Assembly (NCBI GenBank): GCA_029932755.1
Contig: JAOZPK010000001.1
Span: 1-48,579, forward strand
Source: Candidatus Cloacimonadota bacterium
GTDB lineage: Bacteria; Cloacimonadota; Cloacimonadia; Cloacimonadales; TCS61
Direction of reading: 5' to 3'
DNA: 48,579 nt
Below are positions 9,510-18,646 of this stretch, piece after piece; the first letter of the stretch is position 1, and each line of letters opens with the position of its first letter. The notes below the pieces were generated by a model that did not search any database, was not told where the DNA came from, and saw only the letters and a list, made by a program, of their open reading frames with translations. The translations under genes and the position numbers were made by a program.

Positions 9510-10646
9510 GTGATTGAAATTAAAAAAATTGCTATTCTAGGAGCTGGAAATGGTGGCTTCATGTGTGCAGCAGACTTTGCAGATCAAGGTTATGAAGTAA
9601 GGCTCTTTGATGCACTGGAAGGAAAACTGAATGGTGTTATGGAAAAAGGGATAATTGAAGTACTTGATATCGATTCAAAACCTTCAGGCATGATTGGAGA
9701 AATTGCTCTGGCCAGTGAAGATATTGCTGCTGTTATCAAAGGTGCTGATGTTATAATAAATCCCGTCCCCTATTTTGTTACAGAAACTTATGCAAAATTA
9801 GCAGCGCCTTATTTGGAACAGGGGCAGGTTGTAATTTCTTTAGGTAAAGGTGGAGCCTCTCTAACCTGGGCAAAAGTAATAAAAGAAAGTGGCAATAAAA
9901 ATAAAATATTTCTAGCGGACTGTAATACATTGCCTTATGGTGCTTCTAGATTGAATGATTACCAGGTCAGACTTGAAGCTCGTACCCAAAACTTAATGGT
10001 TGCTTCTTTTCCTGCTAAAGACACTGATTTTGTTTATGAAATATTTTCTACTCTTTGGAATACCGAGAATGGATATGTTATCAGAAAAGGTGTCAATCCT
10101 ATTGATACCCTTTTAGTTGATTATAACGCAATTACCCATACTCCTCCCATGATTTGTAATGCAGCCCGTATTGAGAAGGGTGATAAAGATTTTCATCTTT
10201 TCGGAGTTAAGGAAAATACACCGGCTGTTTGTAGAGTAATGGAAAGAGTTGATAGGGAAAGAATGGCTCTGGGTGAAAAATTGGGGATGAAACAAAATAC
10301 CCTGGAAGAAGAAATTCTATTAGTTAAATGGAACAGAGACGGCGTAGATCATCCACTACCATTCTATGAAGCCATCCATACACCCTTTCTGGAGGTATGT
10401 GAAGGTCCGTTCAATTTGGACGCACGTCATCTGACCGAAGATATCCCCTATGGTCTGGTTACTTTTTCGTCCCTTGGTAAAATGCTGGGAGTTCCAACCC
10501 CAGTTATCGACTCGATAATTACAATATCTGAGGCTTTACTGGATAGAGATTTCTGGAGTGATGGTCGTACTGTTGAAGAGTTGGGATTAAATCCAAAGTG
10601 GAGTGTTGAACAGGTAAGAGATTATTTACAAAATGGAAAAATATAA
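9510..10646 (+). CDS. NAD(P)-dependent opine (octopine/nopaline) dehydrogenase-family oxidoreductase
   Basis: GTG start 6 nt after AGGAGA. N-terminal Rossmann motif IAILGAGNGG. The length and C-terminal helical domain resemble the octopine/nopaline-DH family. Substrate unknown. Confidence 0.7.
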   Translation: MIEIKKIAILGAGNGGFMCAADFADQGYEVRLFDALEGKLNGVMEKGIIEVLDIDSKPSGMIGEIALASEDIAAVIKGADVIINPVPYFVTETYAKLAAPYLEQGQVVISLGKGGASLTWAKVIKESGNKNKIFLADCNTLPYGASRLNDYQVRLEARTQNLMVASFPAKDTDFVYEIFSTLWNTENGYVIRKGVNPIDTLLVDYNAITHTPPMICNAARIEKGDKDFHLFGVKENTPAVCRVMERVDRERMALGEKLGMKQNTLEEEILLVKWNRDGVDHPLPFYEAIHTPFLEVCEGPFNLDARHLTEDIPYGLVTFSSLGKMLGVPTPVIDSIITISEALLDRDFWSDGRTVEELGLNPKWSVEQVRDYLQNGKI

Positions 10647-10658
10647 AGGAGTATTATT

Positions 10659-11660
10659 ATGAAAAAATTGAAAGGAAGAGACTTACTTGGTATTACCGAT
10701 CTTACAGCCGAAGAGATCCAGTTTGTAGTGGATGCAGCAAAAAGGTTAAAAGAAGACAGAAGAATGGGAATATCTCATAAAGTTCTCGAGGACAAAGCAT
10801 TAGCTGGTATTTTTGAGACACCTTCTACGAGGACAAGCATCTCTTTTGAATCAGCAATGACCCATCTGGGTGGTCATATGATGTGGCTTGGTCAGGATCG
10901 TCTTTGGACCGGAGATGCAGCAGAAGAGAATTGGTTTGATACAATTAAAACTGTAGATCGTTATGTGGATGGGATTGCTTATCGCTGCGTTAATCGTGAT
11001 AAATTAACTGCAGCAGCTAAATATGCTGATGTTCCCGTGATCAATGCTTCATGTCCTGTTGAACATCCTACTCAGGCTTTAGCTGATGTACAGGCAATGC
11101 AAGAACATCAGGGTGACCTGAAAGGTAAAAAAGTAGCATTCTTATGGGGTTATCGTGCCGCCAATCCTCCTGCAGGACTAACTAACTCTACCATGCTTAT
11201 GGGCGCAAAGATGGGATTTGACGTAACTATTGCCTGTCCAGAAGGATTTGATCCTGACATGAATTACAAAGCAATGGCGGACGAAGCTGCAAAATTAACC
11301 GGAGCAAAGATCAACATAGTAAGATCTTATGAAGAAGCGGTAAAAGATGCTGATTTTATTAATGTCTATTCCTGGGTTTCACCCGAAGTATTTGCTGAAG
11401 GGCTTAAAACTCATTTTAAGGGAAACCCCGAATTTATTAAAATGAAAGCTGGATTGAAAGATAAATGGTGTGTAACGCAGGATATTGTCAATATGGCAAA
11501 ACCGACCTGTAATGTTATGCATTGCCTTCCGGTTTCACGTAATGAAGAGATAACAAGTGAAGCTCTTGATTCTTCCCAATCTATTATATTTGATGAAGCT
11601 GAAAACAGAATGCATACAATTGAAGCATTACTGGCTCTTTTGGTAGGTGGAATTGTTTAA
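10659..11660 (+). CDS. OTC/ATC-superfamily carbamoyltransferase with atypical substrate-binding motifs (specificity unknown)
   Basis: Carries STRTS (canonical STRTR), HPTQALAD, HCLP and a C-terminal FDEAENRMHTIEALL. The OTC DxxxSMG loop is replaced by NVYSWVS, and there is no ATCase-type RxQxER segment. Confidence 0.8.
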   Translation: MKKLKGRDLLGITDLTAEEIQFVVDAAKRLKEDRRMGISHKVLEDKALAGIFETPSTRTSISFESAMTHLGGHMMWLGQDRLWTGDAAEENWFDTIKTVDRYVDGIAYRCVNRDKLTAAAKYADVPVINASCPVEHPTQALADVQAMQEHQGDLKGKKVAFLWGYRAANPPAGLTNSTMLMGAKMGFDVTIACPEGFDPDMNYKAMADEAAKLTGAKINIVRSYEEAVKDADFINVYSWVSPEVFAEGLKTHFKGNPEFIKMKAGLKDKWCVTQDIVNMAKPTCNVMHCLPVSRNEEITSEALDSSQSIIFDEAENRMHTIEALLALLVGGIV

Positions 11661-11768
11661 TTATTTTAGCCGTCGCGGATCATTGTTTTTAATTAAGAAT
11701 AATTATCTGCAAACATTATGTTCATCGTTGCAGAAAACCAAAATAGAAGTTAATGGAGGAGGAGTAAA

Positions 11769-13400
11769 ATGAACAAAAGAGGAAAATTGTTTGTAATCGT
11801 TATTGCGATTATCGTTGTTAGTTTTTTAATACCAGAAGCAAATCTTGCTTATGCCAAGGTCGTAAAACGGGATAAATCCGTTGTCTTTAGTGCTGTTTGG
11901 CCGCCTCAACTTGACCCGGCTGTTGGGCAAGGTTTTGGAAGTGCCATATGCTACGCAAATATCTACGACAGTATTATTTTTCCGCAGAGCGATGGAACTA
12001 CAACTAATCATCTGGCTGAGAATATCATAGTATCGGCAGATGGTCTTGTTTATGATATTACACTCAAAAAAGGTGTAAAATTTCACAATGGTGATGAACT
12101 ACAAGCCGAAGATGTAGTTTTTAGTATGAACCGTATAAAAACGATCGGTGAGGGATTTGGATACCTCTTTATTCCTACTGTAAAGGCAATCAGTTCAGAT
12201 GGCCCATATCAGGTAAAAATTGAATTGAATAAAGCCTTCGGTCCCTTTTTGGCTACCCTGGTAAATCTATATATTCTTAATGAAGATCAGGTAATGGCCC
12301 ATATTAATCCGGATGGTCTCTATGGAGAATTTGGTGATTATGGAAAAGAGTGGCTCATTACCAATGATGCCGGTTCCGGACCTTATATGGTTACTGAAAT
12401 GAGAATACAAGAACATCTGATAGCAGAAAGATTTGTCGATTACTGGGCAGGATTCGATGCCAATAATCCTGATAAATTTATATTTATCGGAACCGCAGAG
12501 CCTGTTACAATTCGAGTTATGATGGGAAAAAGAGAATTGGAAATTTCCGATCAGTGGCAGTCTGAAGAGAGCTTCGGAGCTTTAGATAAAATAAAAGGTG
12601 TAGATTTAGTTAAATTCCTTTCCGGAAGCACACTGGGAATACAATTGAACACAAAAAGAGCTCCTACAGATGATGTTCATGTAAGAAGAGCGTTAGCCTA
12701 TATAATGGATTACGAAGGAATAATCAAGGGTGTATATCCTGGAGCTTCACGACTTGTAAGCCCGGTATCCTTATTAATGCCAGGATCAGATCCTACTATA
12801 GTGGGATACGATACAAACCTAGCTAAAGCAGAAGCTGAGTTAAAACTTTCAAAATATTATGGCAAATTTGATGAATATCCGGTAGATATATGCTGGGCTG
12901 CAGAGTGGGTAACAGCTGATAAAATGGCTCTGCTTTTCCAGGCAAGCGCAGCCAAGATCGGCGTCAAAGTTAACATTGCCAAGCAACCATGGGCAAAAAT
13001 GATCTCCGATGTTTCAAATATGGAAACGACTGCCCATGCAAATATTCTTACAATTGGGCCTCATTATGGGGAAGCCGGTACATTTATTTCACGTTATCTA
13101 TCGAGCAGCTGCGGAACCTGGGAACAAACTGAATGGCTTCAGGATCCGGAAATTGACCAGATGATCTACGATGCTCTGGGTACCGTTGATGACAAAGAAA
13201 GATATAAAAAATACTCCATAATTGAGCATAAAATACTGGATATCTGCCCAACTATATTCTTGGTGGATGTATTGGAAAAACACGCTTATCAAGCAGAATA
13301 TCTTGAATGGGGTGTAGCGAAAAGCAAAGCTATTCCTGTCCAGGGATATAATATTTACATGCGTGACATGAAAATATTCCCTGAAAGAGCTAAGAAATAG
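11769..13400 (+). CDS. ABC transporter substrate-binding protein, family 5 (peptide/opine/nickel type)
   Basis: GGAGGAGG RBS. N-terminal signal/anchor ends AYA-KV. At 543 aa it is a DppA/OppA-like cluster-C SBP. Confidence 0.85.
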   Translation: MNKRGKLFVIVIAIIVVSFLIPEANLAYAKVVKRDKSVVFSAVWPPQLDPAVGQGFGSAICYANIYDSIIFPQSDGTTTNHLAENIIVSADGLVYDITLKKGVKFHNGDELQAEDVVFSMNRIKTIGEGFGYLFIPTVKAISSDGPYQVKIELNKAFGPFLATLVNLYILNEDQVMAHINPDGLYGEFGDYGKEWLITNDAGSGPYMVTEMRIQEHLIAERFVDYWAGFDANNPDKFIFIGTAEPVTIRVMMGKRELEISDQWQSEESFGALDKIKGVDLVKFLSGSTLGIQLNTKRAPTDDVHVRRALAYIMDYEGIIKGVYPGASRLVSPVSLLMPGSDPTIVGYDTNLAKAEAELKLSKYYGKFDEYPVDICWAAEWVTADKMALLFQASAAKIGVKVNIAKQPWAKMISDVSNMETTAHANILTIGPHYGEAGTFISRYLSSSCGTWEQTEWLQDPEIDQMIYDALGTVDDKERYKKYSIIEHKILDICPTIFLVDVLEKHAYQAEYLEWGVAKSKAIPVQGYNIYMRDMKIFPERAKK

Positions 13401-13433
13401 TTTGCTGATCTATATTAGGGAAAGAGACCATAG

Positions 13434-14450
13434 ATGAGAACGATAAAGTTTTTACTAAAAAGATTAGCATTGTCATTGATCGTGCTATTTGGATTATCTG
13501 TAATGATCTTTATTCTGGGGCGTGTTGTTCCAGGTGATCCCGCTAGAATGTCTCTTGGGGCTAATGCGCCCCAAGAGACAGTTGATAGAATGCGGCAGCA
13601 AATGCATCTGGATGAACCACTTGTCGTGCAATACGGATACTGGTTTAGTGGAATTATTCAGGGAGATTTCGGTAAATCACTCTATACAAAACGACCTGTT
13701 ATCGTTGATCTGACCGAGTTTTTCCCGGCTACCTTAGAACTTGTGATCTTTTCGGGATTATTGATGGGTTTGGGTGGTTTGATCCTCGGGATAATCTCCA
13801 CAAAATTCAACAATACCTGGGTCGATAACATAATTCGGATAGTTTCCTACTTAGGTGTGGTTACACCATCCTTTGTCTTTGCGATTATTTTCTTGCTGAT
13901 ATTTGGTTATCTCTGGCCGATATTCCCTACTATGGGACGTTTAAGTCAATACCTAAGTTTTCCTCCAAATCATACAGGGCTATTACTTATTGACAGCTTA
14001 ATAGCCGGCGAGTGGGAAACATTCTGGAATGGATTTTCACATATCATACTACCGGCAATTGCCCTGGCTCTAGGTGGTATGTCTCAGGAGGCAAGAATAA
14101 CCCGATCCTCGATGTTAGATAATATGTCAAAAGACTATATCTTAAGTCACAGGGCTTATGGAATTCCTGAAAAAAAAATTTTCTATAAATACCTGCTTAA
14201 ACCTTCTCTAATTCCAACTGTTACAGTATTTGGACTTGATTTTGCAGTCCTCTTTGGAAATGCTTTTCTGGTTGAAATGGTGTTTAACTGGCCCGGATTA
14301 TCTCGTTATGGAATAAATGTGATGCTGCAAAAAGATCTTAATGCTATCTCTGCAGTGATCATTCTTCTCGGAGCCATCTTTGTATTAATGAATATAGTTA
14401 CCGATCTAGTGGTCTCTTTTCTTGATCCAAGAATTCAACTGGCTGATTAG
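13434..14450 (+). CDS. ABC transporter permease (DppB/OppB-like)
   Basis: Multi-TM protein with the BPD-transporter EAA-like loop (QEARITRSSMLDNMSKDYILSHRAYGIP). Confidence 0.88.
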   Translation: MRTIKFLLKRLALSLIVLFGLSVMIFILGRVVPGDPARMSLGANAPQETVDRMRQQMHLDEPLVVQYGYWFSGIIQGDFGKSLYTKRPVIVDLTEFFPATLELVIFSGLLMGLGGLILGIISTKFNNTWVDNIIRIVSYLGVVTPSFVFAIIFLLIFGYLWPIFPTMGRLSQYLSFPPNHTGLLLIDSLIAGEWETFWNGFSHIILPAIALALGGMSQEARITRSSMLDNMSKDYILSHRAYGIPEKKIFYKYLLKPSLIPTVTVFGLDFAVLFGNAFLVEMVFNWPGLSRYGINVMLQKDLNAISAVIILLGAIFVLMNIVTDLVVSFLDPRIQLAD

Positions 14451-14458
14451 GATATTAT

Positions 14459-15334
14459 ATGAAAAGTAATAAATTTACATTTTGGAAAGAAAATGTAGGA
14501 CGTTCATGGTATAAATTTTCTCGGAATAAACTTTCCGTTATTGGTTTAACCCTTTTTATTTTGCTGATCCTGGCAGCGATCCTGGCTCCTTTAATCACAC
14601 CTTACCCCAAGCATGCGGGAAATTTCGTTGATCTTATTACCGGTTCTCAAGCTCCAGATGCAAGACATCTGATGGGAACAGATATTTATGGCAGAGATAT
14701 GTTTTCTCGAATTATCTTTGCGCTTCGACCTGCACTTTTAATGGGAATAATGGTTTTGGCGATAGTTGTCCCGATCGGCACGATCCTGGGCTTGATAGCA
14801 GGATATTATAAAGGTAAATTTGGTGATCATATTATCATGAGACTGACCGATGTCTTTCTGGGATTGCCACCTTTGATCCTTGCCTTAGCTGTATCTTCTA
14901 TTTTAAAACCAACGCTGACCAATTCAATGATCGCTGTTTCGGTGGCATTTTGGCCCTGGTACTCGAGATTAGTTTATAATATGGTTATCTCCATCAAAAA
15001 TGAGCATTATGTAATTTCTTCCGAACTTCTGGGAGAGTCTAGAGTTCATATACTGTTCAGGGAGATCTTACCCAATTGTCTATCCCCAATTTTTACTAAG
15101 ATGACTCTTGATTTTGGCTGGGTAATTATTATGACTGCTTCCTTGAGTTTTGTAGGACTTGGTGAGCAGCCGCCTGATCCTTCTTTAGGAACGATGGTGG
15201 CAGAAGGAGCTCGTTTACTGCCCGATAAGTGGTGGGTTGCAATTTATCCTGCCTTTACAATTGTACTACTGGTTTTATCTCTTAATCTGATCGGAGATGG
15301 TGTACGAGATATGTTTACAGCAACGGAGGAGTAG
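14459..15334 (+). CDS. ABC transporter permease (DppC/OppC-like)
   Basis: Multi-TM protein with N-terminal OppC-type extension and a conserved ...SSELLGESRVHILFREILPN loop. Confidence 0.88.
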   Translation: MKSNKFTFWKENVGRSWYKFSRNKLSVIGLTLFILLILAAILAPLITPYPKHAGNFVDLITGSQAPDARHLMGTDIYGRDMFSRIIFALRPALLMGIMVLAIVVPIGTILGLIAGYYKGKFGDHIIMRLTDVFLGLPPLILALAVSSILKPTLTNSMIAVSVAFWPWYSRLVYNMVISIKNEHYVISSELLGESRVHILFREILPNCLSPIFTKMTLDFGWVIIMTASLSFVGLGEQPPDPSLGTMVAEGARLLPDKWWVAIYPAFTIVLLVLSLNLIGDGVRDMFTATEE

Positions 15335-16324
15335 ATGGGAGATAATTATCTATTAAAAGTAGAGGACCTTACTGTCGATTATAAAGTATATGGTGGCTAT
15401 TTGAAAGTTCTTGATGGAGTAAATTTTTATGTTAAACACAATGAAAGAGTCGGGATAATAGGAGAAACTGGATGCGGTAAGACAACTACCATGAAATCAA
15501 TTTTACGCCTGCAAGCTAATAATGCTATTTTCAGGAAAGGTAAAATCACGGTTGGAGATCAGGATATTCTGAAGATGAATGATAAGAATTTCCACGCTTT
15601 CCGCAAAAAAGGTCTGGCAATGATTTTTCAGGAACCTATGATCGCTCTCAATCCTGTTTTTACAATTGGGCAGCAGATAGAAGATGTTATCTATCACGCT
15701 AGTGATACAAAATTAAGTAAAGCGGAATTAAAGCAGAAAGCCCGTGAGGTTATTGCCAGTGTATCACTTCCGGATGCAGACAGAATCCTCAGCAATTATC
15801 CTTTCCAGCTAAGTGGAGGAATGCGACAGCGTATCTGCATCGCTCTGGCAATTTCCATGGCTCAAAAACTGCTGATAGCAGACGAGCCTACAACCGCTCT
15901 TGATGTTACTATTCAAGCTCAAATATTAGAGTTGATTGATCAGATCTCCAAGCAGAAGAAGATGTCTCTGATCCTGATCACTCACTCCCTGGGACTTACA
16001 AGAAATACTACAGACAGAATGTATGTAATGTATGCAGGATCAATGATCGAATCCTGTTCGACCAAACAACTTTATGAAAACCCCCTACATCCCTACACAA
16101 TAGGATTACTTAAATCCATACCTCGATTAACCGGAGGAGAATTCTCCAATGGTATTCCGGGACGGCTGCCCGATTATATGAATCCTCAGCCCGGCTGTCG
16201 TTTCCAGAATCGTTGCACTAAGGTTATGGATATATGCCGTAGACAGAAACCAAGCGAAATTGAAGTAGAGCCAGAACACTACGTTGCCTGCTTTCTCTTT
16301 GATCAGAAGGGAGATAAACAATGA
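15335..16324 (+). CDS. ABC transporter ATP-binding protein (DppD/OppD-like) with C-terminal Cys-rich oligopeptide-type extension
   Basis: Walker A GETGCGKT, signature LSGGMRQR, Walker B LIADEPT, H-loop ITHS. C-terminal CRFQNRC...C motif. The start abuts the previous stop. Confidence 0.9.
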   Translation: MGDNYLLKVEDLTVDYKVYGGYLKVLDGVNFYVKHNERVGIIGETGCGKTTTMKSILRLQANNAIFRKGKITVGDQDILKMNDKNFHAFRKKGLAMIFQEPMIALNPVFTIGQQIEDVIYHASDTKLSKAELKQKAREVIASVSLPDADRILSNYPFQLSGGMRQRICIALAISMAQKLLIADEPTTALDVTIQAQILELIDQISKQKKMSLILITHSLGLTRNTTDRMYVMYAGSMIESCSTKQLYENPLHPYTIGLLKSIPRLTGGEFSNGIPGRLPDYMNPQPGCRFQNRCTKVMDICRRQKPSEIEVEPEHYVACFLFDQKGDKQ

Positions 16325-17277
16325 AAGATTTGGATTTTATTAAAATAGAGAATGTTAAAAAATATTTTCCTATTGGAAATGACCTATTTGTAAAAGCATT
16401 AGATGGGATAGATCTGGAAATTAATAAAGGAGAGACCGTTGGACTCGTAGGTGAATCGGGATCCGGCAAGAGTACTCTGGCCTATACTCTGATGGGTATG
16501 TATGAACCTACCGATGGAAAAATAAGCTTCAAAAATGAGAATATCGGATTGAAAGCTCAAAAAAGAGATTTGAGTATAAAAAAAGAGATGCAGATTGTTT
16601 TTCAGGATCCAAGTGGTTCTTTAAATCCAAGAAGAGTTATTTCTAATATTTTATCCCGTCCGCTGCTGCTTCATAAAATCGTTCCAAAAAATGAATTAAA
16701 GGCAAAACTGATCGAGCTCTTAGATTCAGTTGAACTTCCACAGGAGTATTTGTACAAATATACACCTTCGATAGGTGGAGGTGAAAAACAACTGATAGCA
16801 ATAGCTCGAGCCATTGCTGCTCATCCAGAATTTCTAATCCTGGATGAGCCCACCAGTTCGCTTGATGTTTCGGTACAAGGTAAGATCATCAATACCCTGA
16901 TGAAACTAAAAAAAGAATTGAATCTGACCTATCTATTCATAACTCACGATATGAGCTTAATGCGCAATGTTGCCGACCGTATTGCCATCATGTATCTGGG
17001 TAAGATCATGGAGCTGGCAACTACTCGTGAATTCTTTGAAAACCCTCTGCATCCTTATACTAAGATGCTATTATCTTCTATCCCCGTGGTAAGTGCTGAG
17101 GAAGAAAAATTATTACCGAAAGAGATCAAATCCAGTGGTGAGATCCCCAGCCCGGTCAATTTACCAGAGGGTTGTCGATTTATTACCCGTTGCCCTTATG
17201 CTAAAGAGATCTGTGAAACAAAAGAACCGGAATTAACTGAGAGAGAACCCGGTCATTGGTCCAGATGCTATTATTGA
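16321..17277 (+). CDS. ABC transporter ATP-binding protein (DppF/OppF-like) with degenerate signature motif
   Basis: ATGA overlap with the previous gene. Walker A GESGSGKS, Walker B LILDEPT, H-loop ITHD. The signature reads IGGGEKQ instead of LSGGQ. C-terminal CRFITRCP...C motif. Confidence 0.9.
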   Translation: MKDLDFIKIENVKKYFPIGNDLFVKALDGIDLEINKGETVGLVGESGSGKSTLAYTLMGMYEPTDGKISFKNENIGLKAQKRDLSIKKEMQIVFQDPSGSLNPRRVISNILSRPLLLHKIVPKNELKAKLIELLDSVELPQEYLYKYTPSIGGGEKQLIAIARAIAAHPEFLILDEPTSSLDVSVQGKIINTLMKLKKELNLTYLFITHDMSLMRNVADRIAIMYLGKIMELATTREFFENPLHPYTKMLLSSIPVVSAEEEKLLPKEIKSSGEIPSPVNLPEGCRFITRCPYAKEICETKEPELTEREPGHWSRCYY

Positions 17278-17324
17278 TTTAATTTATAAAAAGTTAAAAT
17301 TTCTGTTGTAAAAGGAGATTTTGT

Positions 17325-18176
17325 ATGCAATATTTCCTATCCGCAACTTTGAATGAGTTGCTGCTAGTTTTGGATTCTGAGAGTAATAGCGAAATAATAG
17401 CCGGTGGAACAGACCTGGTCATCATTATGGAGGAGTCGGGTAAAAGACCGGAAAAATTAATTGATATAACAAATATTAAAGAACTTATTGGTATCAAAGA
17501 AGAAAAATTTGGAATCTCTATAGGAGCAGTTACGACTATTGCAAAGCTTGCTGCCAATAATAGTTTACCCTGTTGTTTAAGAAGTGGCGCTGCTTCAATT
17601 GGTTCACCCCAGATCAGAAATGTCGGCACTATTGGGGGAAATATCTGCAACGCCTCACCCAGTGGTGATACCCTGACTCCGCTTATATGTTTAAATGCAG
17701 ATCTCCTGTTGCAATCTACCAAAGGTGAACGGTTAATTTCTACCGAACAATTTTTCCTGGGTCCCAAAAAAACAGTATTGAAAAAAAATGAAGTTTTGTC
17801 GGAGATCCGAATCGGTAATAGATATTTGTCTGGCTCATCCGGTTTCAGGATGATCGGTCAGCGTAATGGGCAAGTTATCTCTCAAGTAAACTTGGCTGTA
17901 TGGCTAAAAAGATCAGCAGAGTCCGGTCTAATTGAAGAAATCCGTATTGCAGCCGGTTCTGTTGCTCCTACTCCGATCAGAATTATTGAAGCTGAAGAGA
18001 TGCTTTGCGGTACAAATCCCGGGGCCAAATTGATCTTCCAAGCTGCCCGCTCAGTACAAGCATGTATCACCCCTATTAATGATGTACGCTCTACTGCTGA
18101 ATATAGGCAGGATGTAATTATTGGTCTGTTTAGTGATATTATGTCACAAATATTAAAGGAGCCCCAATCATGCTGA
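17325..18176 (+). CDS. xanthine dehydrogenase/CO dehydrogenase-family FAD-binding subunit
   Basis: AAGGAG RBS. The segments IIAGGTDL and GTIGGNICNASPSGD are typical of the medium (FAD) subunit. 283 aa. Confidence 0.88.
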   Translation: MQYFLSATLNELLLVLDSESNSEIIAGGTDLVIIMEESGKRPEKLIDITNIKELIGIKEEKFGISIGAVTTIAKLAANNSLPCCLRSGAASIGSPQIRNVGTIGGNICNASPSGDTLTPLICLNADLLLQSTKGERLISTEQFFLGPKKTVLKKNEVLSEIRIGNRYLSGSSGFRMIGQRNGQVISQVNLAVWLKRSAESGLIEEIRIAAGSVAPTPIRIIEAEEMLCGTNPGAKLIFQAARSVQACITPINDVRSTAEYRQDVIIGLFSDIMSQILKEPQSC

Positions 18177-18646
18177 TCGAATTTATATGTAACGGAAAAG
18201 AGATCAGTGTAGATGTTCTTGCTGAGATGAGGGCTTTAGATTTGATCAGAAATGAACTACTGCTTACCGGCACAAAATGCGGCTGCTCCAAAGGTGAATG
18301 TGGTTCCTGTACTATTTTAGTGGATGGTATTCCCGAATGCTCCTGCTTACTACTGGCTCCCAAGTTACAGGGCAAAGTGATTACAACAATTGAAGGTCTG
18401 GAAGGAGCAGATGGAGAGCTACACCCTATCCAACAGGCATTTTTGGAGGAGGGCGCTGTGCAATGCGGATTCTGCACTCCGGGTATGATCCTCAGTACAA
18501 AAGCGTTATTAAAAAAGAATCCTGCTCCCACAGTGACAGAAATTGAAGAGGGACTTAGTGGTAATATCTGTCGTTGTACTGGTTATACAAAAATTATCAA
18601 AGCAGTTCAATTCGCAGCTCTTAAATTGAAAGGATCTGAAATATGA
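18170..18646 (+). CDS. xanthine dehydrogenase-family [2Fe-2S] small subunit
   Basis: 7-nt overlap with the FAD subunit. Cys clusters are CGCSKGECGSCT and CGFCTPG...CRCTGY. 158 aa. Confidence 0.9.
   Translation: MLIEFICNGKEISVDVLAEMRALDLIRNELLLTGTKCGCSKGECGSCTILVDGIPECSCLLLAPKLQGKVITTIEGLEGADGELHPIQQAFLEEGAVQCGFCTPGMILSTKALLKKNPAPTVTEIEEGLSGNICRCTGYTKIIKAVQFAALKLKGSEI

Noticed and set aside
11707-11733. Hairpin CTGCAAAC...GTTGCAG between the transcarbamylase and the ABC substrate-binding-protein gene, considered as a terminator.
   Set aside because: It is a 7-bp stem with a bulge and is followed by AAAACC rather than a U-tract. At most it is an mRNA-processing or stability element, and the evidence is insufficient to call.
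9510-17277. Opine-type metallophore (staphylopine/pseudopaline Cnt-like) system: an opine dehydrogenase next to a Nik/Opp-type ABC importer.
   Set aside because: No nicotianamine-synthase-like (CntL) gene, histidine racemase or exporter is present. The neighbours are catabolic enzymes (hyuAB, transcarbamylase), so a catabolic role fits better. This cannot be fully excluded without searches.
17294-17767. Long antisense ORFs inside well-supported genes. This 157-aa ORF lies opposite the XDH FAD subunit. Similar cases are 352-537, 1511-1747, 18139-18531, 20772-21188, 23922-24422, 34138-34536, 34812-35192, 38670-38996 and 39395-39802, plus the shorter ones in the ORF track.
   Set aside because: Each lies entirely within a longer ORF on the opposite strand that has clear family motifs and an RBS. 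Their translations are low-complexity or compositionally odd, with no recognisable motifs or RBS, so they are shadow ORFs.
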